Below are positions 49,387-61,665 of a stretch of 64,000 nucleotides of DNA, piece after piece. How positions within the stretch are numbered: the first letter of the stretch is position 1; each line of letters opens with the position of its first letter. The DNA lies in contig NC_057758.1 in the NCBI RefSeq assembly GCF_004010195.1, positions 8,645,011 through 8,709,010 on the forward strand, given 5' to 3'. This DNA is from Chiloscyllium plagiosum (lineage: Eukaryota). The notes beneath the pieces were generated by a model that was given only the letters and a program-made list of their open reading frames with translations, had not been told where the DNA came from and made no database searches. A program made the translations under genes and the position numbers.

Positions 49387-52300
49387 ATGGACCTGGAATT
49401 GATACAGTCCATTTGGCATTATAATTCAGAAATTTATTTTACCGTCTCTGATAAAGGTACCTGCCAGAAACCACGCATTAAGTCCAACTTTGTGATGTAA
49501 CTGACTTGTCCAACCTTCTCGATACTGTCTTCCAATGTCAGCATATAAGTCTGATTTTGTGACAGTGTTGGCCTTCCAATAATCCAACCAAAATGATTGA
49601 GTCCCATCAGGTTTGGGAACGAAGATAATCGGCGAGCTCCACTCGCTCTGGCTTGTTTCGATGATGACCTCATTGAGCATGATCTCCACCTCCTTCTGGA
49701 CCTGTCTTGCTTTGAGAGGATTAAGCTGTTAGGGGTGTTAATTTATCGGAATCGTATTCCATACGTCTACTTCAGGTTCAATGGCAACAGAACCCCCAAT
49801 ATGATTCTTACAAATGTCCTCATATTGCAATAAAATTTTTTTCAACTGCGTTGTATGCTCCTGAGGCAGATTGTTTGCGAACCTATCCCACTGCTCAAGG
49901 ACTTCTCCATTTTTAACATATTGTGAGGCACATCAAAATCCACAACATTTGGAATTGATTCCTCACTCTGTGGGGCAGAAACTAGCACCTGTTTCTCCAA
50001 TTCGTTCTCTCCTCTGCTTTTCGGGACGGCACACTCATTTATAAGCCACATGAAGGCGTACTGAATGTGGGAATTGGCGACAGAGGTCCTAGTTTCATTA
50101 CTGCCTGTGGCCTACCTATTATGTGGCATATATGACACGTATGCCAGAAGCTAACCATATCTTTGTGCTTTCCAGGTCAATAAAAATGTTTTTGTCGCTT
50201 AACCTGAGTCTTTCGTACCCCTCGGTGACCTCCCATAGGTAGTTCACGTGCTTCCCCTGGCACTTCCTGTCTCTCTGCTACTGGCAACACAATCTGGTGC
50301 ACTTCAGCACACTACTTCTCTGCGCTAACCTATAGAATCCGTCTTAGGATTCTATATTTCTGATAATAATCCTCAGGAATGTCTCTGCCTCACTTTCAGA
50401 GTCCGCGTCCACATATATATCTTTTATCATCTTGCCTGTCTGTTGCAAATCCCTTAGCCTTTCATGACTAAACACCTTTTTATGACCCCCTGTTTGTTCA
50501 TGTTTTCTCTGCACCATTACGTGAAAAAGGATGTCAGCTAACTGAACCTTAACTCCTTCTTCTTGTCTTTAGTTTGTGATTCATGTTGTGACTAATGATA
50601 GTGGTTACTGTACAGTTTGGGAAAATACCAGTATATTTCAGTTGAAACTCCTCTGTTTCTTGGTCTTCTTGGGCTTCTGCACAACAAGGGGTATCGCTCC
50701 CAACTTGGACCCTGCTAAATTATTCTCGGGAACAAACTGGATTCTTGGAATTCACACTCTGTCAGTCACTCCCACGGTTACTTCGCCAGACTTGTGAATG
50801 CACTCCAAACTGATCTTATGGAGAGGAAAGCTAAATTTCTGTTCATCTATCCCACAAATTATGACACTCTCTGGGACCAGATCAGAAATACTGCACATTT
50901 GCTCATCTCTTACTACTAGAAACTGGTTAGTTTCTGTATCTCTCAAAATCATAACTTATTCTCCTTCTCCTCTTGTTGTTTTTGAGTAAATTCTACTCAC
51001 AGAGGGGAATTCTTTATAGAAATCAGGTATTAAGTCCATACCCAGACTCTGCCTAGGCTGTGGACTTTCCTGCAGCTCTTCAGTTCTTTTTGGCGTTTCC
51101 TTTAAGACTTTCACTAATGCCACTGGCTTACCTTCTTTAACCACATCTTTCCCCACAGTTCCTTTCTTAACGATCAGCACTGTGACCATACATACCCCTC
51201 CGTATGGCAGTAAAAACATCTTTTCCCAATGCCCTTCTGAAACCACGGGCACTGTAGTTTTCTGTGTCCCACTCTATTACAGTAAAATCAGCTGAGGCTT
51301 TTCACCTCGTTTATATCTTCTTGGGCATCTTCTTAAACCTGTGATAAACTTTTATTCACTACTGTTTCTTTTACAGTGTAGCATCTCCACATTTCCCAAA
51401 TGCGATACTTCACAGGACGAAATTCTGGTTGGAAACTTGTCTTATGCAGCAACATGTATTCATCTGCTAATTCTACTGCCCTTCTCAATTTTTGAACTTT
51501 CTGTTTCTCCACGTGATTTCTTATCATCTCTGGAATTGAGTTTTTCAATTCCTTCAGCAGAGTAATCTCCATTAGAGCCTCATAGGTCATATATATCTTT
51601 AAAGCAAGCATCCATCTATCAAAATGCCTATGTTTAATTATTTCAAACTCAATATAAGTCTGACCTGATTACTTGTTTATTTTTCTGTACTGCTATCTAT
51701 ATGATTCTGGTACCAATTCGTGAGCACTTAAAAGAGCTTGTTTGACGTCTTGAGAATCTCGTGATCCCCTCATTTGACAGCGGAGAAAATACGTCACTCG
51801 CTCTGCCTACCACGTTAGTCCGAACTAGCATTACCTGTAAATCCTCGGACCACTCCAAATGCCTAGCCAATTTTTCAAATGAGATAAAGAAGGCATCAAC
51901 ATCTTTATCATTTAAATGTTGCAGAGTATTGACATAGTTGCATATAACACTATCGTCTCTTTTAATCTCCATCTTTTTATTGTTACTTTGCTGATTAAAT
52001 CGCAACTTCTCAAGTTCAAATTCTCTCGCTTTTTGGTCAACTAAGAACCTTCTCCTTCTCTTTGTCTCTCTCTCTGTTCTGTCTTGCTTTCTGTTTCTTC
52101 TCTCTCTCTTTTTCTCTCCCTTTGTTTATCTTTAAACTGCATTTTCCTCAATTGTAATTTAAGTTTTTTGTCACTCTACTGTACTTGTATGTGTTTCTAA
52201 CACACCTTAGTATGTGAGAAATTCCCGGACAATTTCAGTTTTACTTTTGTCCTTGATTAAATCCAAATCTAACTTCCTTGGTAATTCTAAAAGTTTGGCC

Positions 52301-52583
52301 TTTATCTTTCCTTCTAAGATATCGTGGCAAATTTGAGAATCATTTTCAAACCCCTCTTAACTTTTTAACAGCCATTTCTCTCACTTTTAATTTAAACAAA
52401 CACAAGTCATCGGAATTAAATAAGTTGTCTCACTGACGTTTTACTTAAAGATCTCAGACACGAACGTGCAAATGTTTAAATATACTTTGTTTTCTTTGCA
52501 ACCCTCAAATCTATTCAAATCTGCTCAAATCTCAGACTGAATCTGTCTAAAACTATTCATATCGCGGACGAAAGCCCCCAAGC
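49387..52583 (-). mobile_element. Gypsy-superfamily, Gmr1-like LTR retrotransposon internal region (gag, protease, integrase Zn-finger, RT N-terminus), degenerate
   Basis: Gag: DVDAFFISFEKLA..W..VGRA and EITLLKELKNS. Protease: ILRDT (~50940). Integrase HHCC: PMGGHRGVRKT..HFY*PG..CHIC (~50250-50120). RT: SEWSSPIIFVPKPDG, ITKLDLMRGFWQVPL and GLYQFQV (~49690-49390). Confidence 0.9.
52561..52580 (-). promoter_or_regulatory. Primer-binding site, tRNA-Pro type
   Basis: Minus strand TGGGGGCTTTCGTCCGCGAT versus the tRNA-Pro complement TGGGGGCTCGTCCGGGAT, located 3 nt from the LTR edge. Confidence 0.8.
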
Positions 52584-53293
52584 AGTTCCGACACAGGGTT
52601 AACCCCTCTCCTAATTGAAACCAGCCACACAGAAAAAGTTCACTTCATGCAATAATCTGTTAAATTTCGAGAGGCAAAGATCCATTTACAGAGGTTACTA
52701 TTTAAAGTAAAATTAACAATTTTGTTATTTAAGTCCAAGAGAGAATAATAAAACAAGCAACTATTTAGAACTGCCTTTGGTTAAACGTATCTTTTACCTC
52801 CCTCTCTACAATACTGGTCAGATAAAACAAAACAAAATAAGGTTTACAAAAAGTTATCACATTTCAAAACCAGTCCACTTTGTCGATTCTCCTTTGTAGA
52901 CTTTCCTCTGTAGAATTTTCGCTCGATTGGCTTCGATGTTCTGCAGTTCAAACCTCTTATAGACAGGTACCTTTCAGAAAGCCCTTCAGCTCGCAATCTA
53001 TCTTTCTGGATGCCCTTGGCAGTTCTCCCCCTAAATGTTCAAAATGTCCAGTTTTACACCTCTAAACATCGGACCATTTCAATGATTTTGATTTCATCAA
53101 GTATTTCAAACTCAATTTGATTTCAGTGTGTTGGGGCAAATTCTAAACTGGCCGAATTTGAATTGGTTTTTGTTTCGTGACACCTCAGCTATTGATTGCA
53201 CCGTAAAATGTCGCATTTACCTTCTTTTAGAACACTTTGTGCCAGCTTCCAGTCTCTCTTAAATGTAACATATATCTCTACACCTTCATAACA
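52584..53293 (-). mobile_element. 5' LTR of the Gmr1-like element
   Basis: Adjacent to the PBS, ends ...cataaca on + (TGTTATG on minus), and is homologous to 29192-29912. Confidence 0.8.
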
Positions 53294-53475
53294 ATAACTT
53301 TTATCTGCCCTGCATAGCTTTCCATAAATTTGATTAACTTAGTAAGTTCACATATTCGTCTTTTCTGTTCCAAAAGACCCATTTTCTCTCTTTCTTCCTT
53401 TACCTAAATCCTTCTTTTCAGTTATCATTCCAATTACTTACAATGTTCCGAGTATTCTTCGACAAATAATTACAT

Positions 53476-53625
53476 TGTGTGAATGTGTGTGTGTATGTGC
53501 ACATGTGTGTGTATGTGTGTGTGCTTGCATGTGTGTGTATGTGTGTGCCTATGTGTGTATGCATGTGCGTGCGTGTGTGTTTGTTTGTGTGTGTATGTGT
53601 GTGTATATGTATGCATGTGTGTGTG
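53476..53625. repeat. Imperfect (TG)n microsatellite
   Basis: Read directly from the sequence. Confidence 0.95.
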
Positions 53626-54059
53626 TTTTGTGAATAATTATCTGTAATTGGGCTGACATGAAAGAATGAGATGTTATCACATTCCCATATGAAAGTGTAA
53701 ATGTACAACCTTTTCCAAGCTTTCTGATATCAAAAAAGAAGTAAAATCCTCCTTTATTCATGATTGGAAAAGTAAACAAATGATGTTCACGGACCGAACA
53801 GCAGTAATGTAAAGAACCTTTGCTGGGATCATTAAACGAGCAAATATTTAGTTTTCTCTTGAGCGTTTAAATACAGCTTATTTTTTTTTTCAATTGTGTG
53901 ATGCATACGTTTTTTTTATCAATATGCAATCAACATCGGTGACAAAACCAGAGGTTTCTGGAAATGCTCTGTAGTTCTCTCAGTATCTCTTGGAAGAAAG
54001 ATGATTCAACATAACGTAGAGAATGGGTCTGGGTTGTTTGTGTTTTGCCAATAGTGGAC

Positions 54060-54215
54060 AGCGATGTGCCGCTTAGGTGCATTAGTCATGGGTAAATGTA
54101 GAGTAACAGATTAGGGGAATGGGTCGGAATGTGTTCCTCTTCAAAGGGTCAGCGTGGACGTGCTGTTTTAAATGACCTGTTTTCCCACCATAGTCATTCT
54201 ATGATTCTATGATTT
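54060..54215 (+). mobile_element. HE1 SINE 3' half
   Basis: ggtaaatgtag..ggggaatgggtc..gggtcagcgtggac..cctgtttt, ending in (attctatg)n. Confidence 0.7.
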
Positions 54216-54224
54216 CTTCATAAA

Positions 54225-57175
54225 AAGGCAGGTCGGTGTCAGGAACAAGAATGTCTCCGAGCATGCTCAGGGCGTATTGAAGTGAGAGGGTAAACTGACA
54301 GAGGTCGTGTTTCACATTGATACCAATGACATCGTTAAGAAGAGTGAAAGGTTGAAAGGCCCTGCTAAGAAAGGTCAGGGAGTTAGGAGAGAGTTTAAAA
54401 GCAGGATCTCCAGGGTTGTATTCTTGGGATTACTCCCCGGGCATCTGGAAGTGAGTCAAGGAAGAGGAAGATAGTAGAGTTGAATATGTGGCCAAGAGCT
54501 AGTTTGGTAGGAGGGTTTCTGATTTTTGGATGATTCCGATTGCATCCAGGGCAGGTGGGAACTGTACAAAAAGGAAAGTGTGCACTTTAACTGGAGGGGC
54601 CCCAACATGCTGGAAGGGAGGTGTGATCGTGCAGATTTAAGCTAATGATATAGGAGTAGGGGAACCAAAGCAGCAGGTCAGAAAATGAGCAAAATGTAAA
54701 GGTTTGTCAAATAAACATACAGAACCATTTTAATGACCATGCTGAGGGAACAAATCACAACAATTTTAAAAATGTGAGTTGAAAGTTGGAGTGAATGATA
54801 GGGTCACTATTATCAGGGATCAATAAATAAGGATAGAGCGCCTGTGCACACAAGTGTTAAAAGAGCAAGCTAAATCGATAGTACTTATGTTAAAACGTTT
54901 TCCAATTAAATGTGTGCAGTATTTGGAATAAAAGAATGAGCTGATAGCGCTAAAAGGTATAAATAGATTTGGCATGGTGGGTATGACTGAAATATGGTTA
55001 CATGAAGGTCAGGACTTGGATGTTAAATGTCCAGACTACTCAGTATTCAGACAAGAGGGAACAGCAGGTCGAGTGCCTGTATTCGTTAAGAATTATGTCA
55101 AGGCTATATTAAGAAATTATATTAGCACGTGGGACAAACTGATGAATCAGTCTGGTTTGAAATAAAACACATTGAAAGAAACCTATTGGTAGGAGCATTT
55201 CCAGCCCACAAACTATCCCCAACCCCACTCTGACAAATTAATTTCAAAGTAGGGAATAGCATGAGCCAGGGAATAACGATGGCTTGAGACAAGAGCACAA
55301 GATTGAATATGGGAATATGAGCATGCAAATTGACTGGATTAATCAATTTGGCAACGGGAGCCTCAAAGAACGATTCGTCGAATATATGATGGATTATTTC
55401 TTTGATTAACATGTAATGGAAACAACCTGAGAACGGCTTTGGAATTACGTAATGAGGAAGGAGTGATAAATCATATTGTAGTACAGGATCATCTTAGAAA
55501 GAGTGGCCACAACATGTCTGAGTTTCATATTCAGACTGTAACAGCGAAGACAGAGTCATCTAGGAGAGGTTTAGGTTGGACACTGATATTTTTACTGGCC
55601 TGAGGAAGGGCTTGGCTGAGTGGACATGTCAAAAAGATTAAAGTACAAGACATTTGAAGAACAGTGGCAACTACTAAGAGACATAGTCAAAACCCTTCAA
55701 ATAAAGTGTAATCCTGAGTGGAAGAGGAATTGCAAAAAGGTAAAAAGCAATCCATGTCTTAACAAGGAAATCAACAATAACATGAAGGTTCTTGCCTGGT
55801 GGTATTATCACTGACTGCTAATCCAGATAATGTTCTGTGGACATGGGTTCAAATGCCGCCACAGCAAATCGTGGAATTTAAATCCAATATGAACCTGGAA
55901 TTAAGAGTCTATTGGTGGTAATGAATCCATTGCTCATTGTTGGAAACATCCAAATGTTTCATGAATGTCCTTTAGGACCGGAAACCACCATCTTTACCTG
56001 GTCTGACCTACATGTGACTTCCAACCCATACAAATTTGGTTGACGCTTAACTGCCCTCTGGGCAATTAGGGACAGACAATGAGTGCTGTCTAACCAGCGA
56101 CACGCTCATCCTTTAATGAATAAAAGAAAAATACTTTACTTGTCAGCAAACAGCGACTAAAAACAAAATCTAAATGGTTTCGAAGGAAAAAGAGTAGAAA
56201 ACTTACGAAATAATAAAGAACACTTCTCCGAGTTGAACAAAAGTCACAGAATGCTGAATGTAAATGTTGGCCTTTGAGAGGATGAAATTGGCGAAGTAAT
56301 AATGGGAAACTCAGAAATGGCAGAGGTAAAACCAACACTTGCTGTTTTCGCAGTGCAAGATAATTTATTCCCAAAATTAATTTCAGCAAAGGATCATTTT
56401 GGAAGTACGATGACGAAGAAGAAGATATTAAATACATTGATGGGATTATAGGCAGGTCAGACCCTCGGCCTGCAGTCTATCATATTAAAGGAGGTAACAA
56501 CAGAGATAATGGATGTGTTAGTTAGGATATTCAAGAAATCCTTGGATTCTGGAACGGTATGAAGTATTGGAAAAGTAATAACGTGCAGATAGGCAAAAAT
56601 TTTACAAACTACAGACCAGTGAGTTTAACCTCTGTAGTGGGGAAGTTCCTTCAGCCAACCAAAAAGTAGGAAATAACTGAACACTTGGAAAAACAAAGAT
56701 GAATTCACCATGTCAGCGCGATTTCATGATGGGCAGGTTGTGCCTGACATACCTGCTGGAATTCTTTGAGAATGTAACCAACAAGCTGGATAATTGGGAT
56801 GCAGCAAATGCTGTACATCTGAACTTCAGAAGGCATTTGATAAGGTGCTGCGTGAAGGACTGATCTAGCAGGTCAGATCGGAGAGGTTAAGGGTAGAGTA
56901 TTGAATTGGATGGAGGATTTGCTGACTAACAGAAAGCAGAGCATTAGGATAAATGGTCTTTCTCTGGCGAACAGAAACTAGTGAGAATTCAGGTCTCAAA
57001 CCTCAATTGTTTGCAATCTGCCCAAATGACCTGGTAGGAGAGACAGAGTGTAGTAACTAAATTCACAGATGGTATTCACCTAGGTTTTCACACAGGCTGT
57101 AATGAGGATCTAAAACGTTTACAGATGAATATTGATAGGCTTAGAAAAGGGGGCAGATTGCTATATTTGGAAGAC
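54225..57175 (+). mobile_element. Long degenerate CR1-like LINE (ORF1 esterase, AP endonuclease, RT)
   Basis: HIDTNDI (ORF1), VGMTEIWL (endonuclease), NYRPVSLTSVVGK and KAFDKVL (RT), in order. Confidence 0.85.
55793..56125 (+). mobile_element. tRNA-derived SINE nested in the CR1
   Basis: B-box GGGTTCAAATGCC. Homologous to 10785-11122. Confidence 0.75.
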
Positions 57176-60049
57176 GATGTTAAATGTGGATAATTGCACA
57201 GTAGAACTTCCTACTGCCACTCCTAATTTCTATTTTCTTGTTTGGCCTATCTACAATTCTTTGGGTTTTATTCACCGTTGGTGGCTGGGGTAACAGGGGT
57301 CGAGGGGTTTGATTGAGGGAGATGCAGGTTGCTCTGTGTGTAAGGAACATGACGTCAGTGTGGAGAAAATACCGCAGTCAGGCTTTGTTGATTACGACAG
57401 CAAGCCTGTCATAGATGGCCTATCCCTGTTCGTACCGCCTGATGTTTAATTGCCTGGAGTCAACCGCATCAAAATGTTGCAATCAGACAGACAGTCCGCA
57501 ATTAACATGCCCATTTCGTAATAAAGGTACAAGTGACCATTTAGATCAGAAGTAAAGACTTGGCAATTCTTTTGAGATGTAATGACTATTTGGTGCAACT
57601 GCAGGCTGCAACTGGGTGATGGGACAACAAAACACGTCAGCATCGTTGCAACTTTATAGTTTCAATATTGAGTAAAAATATTACATTATTAATTCTGTTC
57701 GAAAGTGTTATGGAATCTATACGTTATGGAAAGTGTTTTGAATGTATTGTAGGAGAATACAAACATTGAAAAGGTTAGAAGAGGAACATGTGAAGCGGAT
57801 ATAAGGCTTTAAAAAGGTTAGGCATGTCAAGGGAACGGTCAAATATTGATTTGAAAATAATAATTGGGAAAATGTGTCTGTGTTTGAGCACAATGGCGTG
57901 TTGAATGGAAGAACATGGTATTATTTCAATGAATTGATTGCAAAACTGAGGCACAAGGAAGAGGGAACCTGGATCACAAAACAAAACCTTTGCTTCAACA
58001 TCACATTTTTAAGGAGGCAATATAAATCTTGAAATATTTTAAAACCAAATATATTTAGAAATAGGAAAGTTTTTCGACACTTTACAGATTAATGGTGAGG
58101 CCACTTTCACTTTAAAAGTGTGTCCCCTTATTATTGAGCCTTCGAGTAAGGGGAAAACTGCTCTCTGTTCACCCTGTCGAGACCCCTCATGCTGTTAAAC
58201 ATCTCCGTCAGGAGCACCTCTCAATCTTCTTTGCTTAATAGTGAAATCAATAAATCGGGAATTTCTTCAGTTTGAGTACACTCTTGTTTGTCACTTCAGA
58301 AAGGTATCACATTTATCAGGGTTAAATTTCATCATCGATTGATATGTCCATCTGAACAATCGGTTTATTCCTTCCTGAATCATCACACGTTCCTCCTCAC
58401 TGTAAACCACCAGCTCATCTTTGTGTCATCCACAACATTATTTATCATTTCCCCCAAACTCCTTCCCTCCCATTCTCATCATCATCGTTTATGAAGTTCA
58501 CAACTAAGCCTTGATTTTATCCAGTTCTTCAGATGTTGTTCATAGGGAAAGCTTTGAGAATTCCATTCTATAGGTCTTGCTATTTTGGTAAATTTGCAGA
58601 ATGATGCAGTTGGGTTTTATGTTACGAGGGAGCCACAAATTTTATTTTGGACATGGAGCTGAATTCTTCTTTTATACTATGCGCCTCTGTATGTTTTATT
58701 AATTAAGCTTGTACGCAATTAGTATTGAACTAGGTTTTGGTGGGTTTCACTGTAACATTTGTGTTCTACGTGGTTCTGGATATTTTTCATTGTATCTTTC
58801 CCTGCAATNNNNNNNNNNNNNNNNNNNNNNNNNNNNNNNNNNNNNNNNNNNNNNNNNNNNNNNNNNNNNNNNNNNNNNNNNNNNNNNNNNNNNNNNNNNN
58901 NNNNNNNNNNNNNNNNNNNNNNNNNNNNNNNNNNNNNNNNNNNNNNNNNNNNNNNNNNNNNNNNNNNNNNNNNNNNNNNNNNNNNNNNNNNNNNNNNNNN
59001 NNNNNNNNNNNNNNNNNNNNNNNNNNNNNNNNNNNNNNNNNNNNNNNNNNNNNNNNNNNNNNNNNNNNNNNNNNNNNNNNNNNNNNNNNNNNNNNNNNNN
59101 NNNNNNNNNNNNNNNNNNNNNNNNNNNNNNNNNNNNNNNNNNNNNNNNNNNNNNNNNNNNNNNNNNNNNNNNNNNNNNNNNNNNNNNNNNNNNNNNNNNN
59201 NNNNNNNNNNNNNNNNNNNNNNNNNNNNNNNNNNNNNNNNNNNNNNNNNNNNNNNNNNNNNNNNNNNNNNNNNNNNNNNNNNNNNNNNNNNNNNNNNNNN
59301 NNNNNNNNATTCATAATTTTGTTTGAAAGAGCTGGAGTGATTCGATTCAAACAAATAATACACATAGACTCACAGCAGGAGTTCAAATCATATCGGCAAG
59401 TCCACCTTGAGTTGGAAACACTTTATTAAAACATACGTCCAGTTTTTTTGATATTGTAAAAACAGTTTCAAAAAATGTTCTTAGAGCAGCATTGATCTTA
59501 TAGCTGCTCCTGGGATTGCAGGCAGTTAAATATTTACAGTAGTCCTTTTTGCAGTTGATATTATTGTTTATTAATTTAACATTATTTTTCTATTTTGTTT
59601 TATTTTCATTCAAAACCAATCAATAAAGCAAAACAAACTCACGATTTTCTTTGAAAAGAAAATGATTTAAAATAACTTTTTAAGGCTGATTTACAAAAAA
59701 AAGTAAATAGTCAATGGATGTATTAAATGGTTTCTTTTATTACACTGGTAACGCTTTCTTTGTTTTGTAAAATTAATCAGTTTCTTTTTTGAAAAAATAA
59801 TGAGTTATACCTTCCTTCTGAAAAGTCCTACACATTTTCAGCTCCGGAGAAGACTATTTTCTTCTTAGAGTTTATTGAAGAAGAATATTTTTATTCAGTT
59901 AATTAGCTAAATAATTTATTTTGAATATTTTTTTATCTTGATACGCATATGCATATATTTTCCAAATTTAACATTCATGTCTTTTGGTTAAAGAAAGTTA
60001 ACATAATGTGTCATAAAAAAGTCCTGCTTTCGGCATAACATTATTAAAG

Positions 60050-61665
60050 TCACATACAAGGGACAGAGGGGATGGCTGGAAGGTTTAGAAAAAAATGTTA
60101 TCCAGCAAATCAGTCATACAGATGTGTGGCTGTCACGAATGATAAGAAAATACTTCAAAAATCTCCGGTGGCTATTCCTCTATCAAAATAATTTTCAGCT
60201 TTTAGAACAGCAGAAGGGGGTTGTCTTTCTGAGGAAAATGGAAGAGCACTCAATTATTGGCCACTTGGAATTATTTTTATGTTTAGCAGCGTTTGAGAAG
60301 ATTTTGTAGAATTGTTGCATCAGTGGACGTTTCTGTCAGGGGCATCAGCAGGAGATTCTGGGGCAGTGACCGTTAATTGAGGATGGGTTGTTGCTTTCCC
60401 TGTGCGAGGATTAAGAACGTTTCGAAACGTTTCAAGCACGTTATTAAAGGTGAGATTGAGTAGCCAATCATTATTGTCGGTAATGGTAGGAATGACATTT
60501 TTTTAGGCAAAGATGAAAGCAGTATAGAGTGAACATAAGAGGTGAGGTCGAATATTTTCAAAAAACTTTAAAGCAATACTTTCTGATTTACTCCCAATGC
60601 CAAACTCAGCTGGAAAGGAACAAAGGGTTAACGGAGAAAAATCGACGGCTGAAGAGCTACTGTGTTGTTGTGGGATTTAGATTTTTTGGGAAATTGGAGT
60701 CCATTTTAGAATAGAAATGACATGTTCAGAATGGATTGGTCTAACCTCAACTGTAAAGTAACGAACATTTTAGCAGGGAGATTTGCTCATACTATGTAGT
60801 GAGACATTATATTGATAAAGATGGCAAGGGGGATATTCCAAGTAGCTGTACAAATGGTAGGATGATTAGAAACGTTTATTAATATGAGAAGAGCACGTCA
60901 ATTAGAAAAGGAAAATGGGAGAGTCATGAGTATATTGTAATTCTGAAGCACAAAAATGCATTTATTTCAATGTAACGAAGGGCTGGATGGTGAAGAATTT
61001 GTCAATATGTTCACGAAAACATACTTCATCAATATGCAGATGATTCTAAAAGAGAAGGAGCAAAACCATGCCTTATTTTGTGCAAGAGGCAGGGCAAGTG
61101 ACTGAAGTAAACGAGGGAATACTTTGGGTATTGCAATCATAACTCTATTAGTTTCATAATGATTATGGAAAAGAATAAGGCTTTCATTGTTTTTTTTTTA
61201 ATTTAATTGGAGTACAATAAATGGTAATGGTATTGGACAAAGACTTATCAAGTTTGATTGGAGTAGACTGTTAGCAGGTAAAATGATGTATGACAAGTGG
61301 GAGGCGTTCAACAGTCTGACGACGGGAGTTGAGAGGCACTGTGTTCCAGTTAGAGTGAAGGGTAATGCTTGTTACATTAAGGAGCAATGGTCAAGTACAG
61401 TTATTGAGCTTTTATTCAAGAATCAAAGAAAACCTTTCTTTAGAAATGGACAACTTAATTCAATTTAATCTCTTAGTCAATGTAAAGAGTGTATGGCATT
61501 ATTTCGAGAGAAATCAGGAAAGCAAGAAGAAGATATGAGATAGCATGGGCAGATAATTTTAAGGATAATCCGAAGACATTGTGCAACTACACTAACAGCA
61601 AAAGGGTAAGGCCTCTCAAAGATCATGAAAGATATCGATGTTTTGAACCCAGGAGATGGGGATTG
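60050..61665 (+). mobile_element. CR1-like LINE ORF1 and partial ORF2, degenerate
   Basis: GCCFPCARIKNVS and REIRKARRRYEIAWADNFKDNPK. Confidence 0.8.

Noticed and set aside
53418..53779. His/Thr-rich ORFs
   Set aside because: They are translations of a (CA)n microsatellite.
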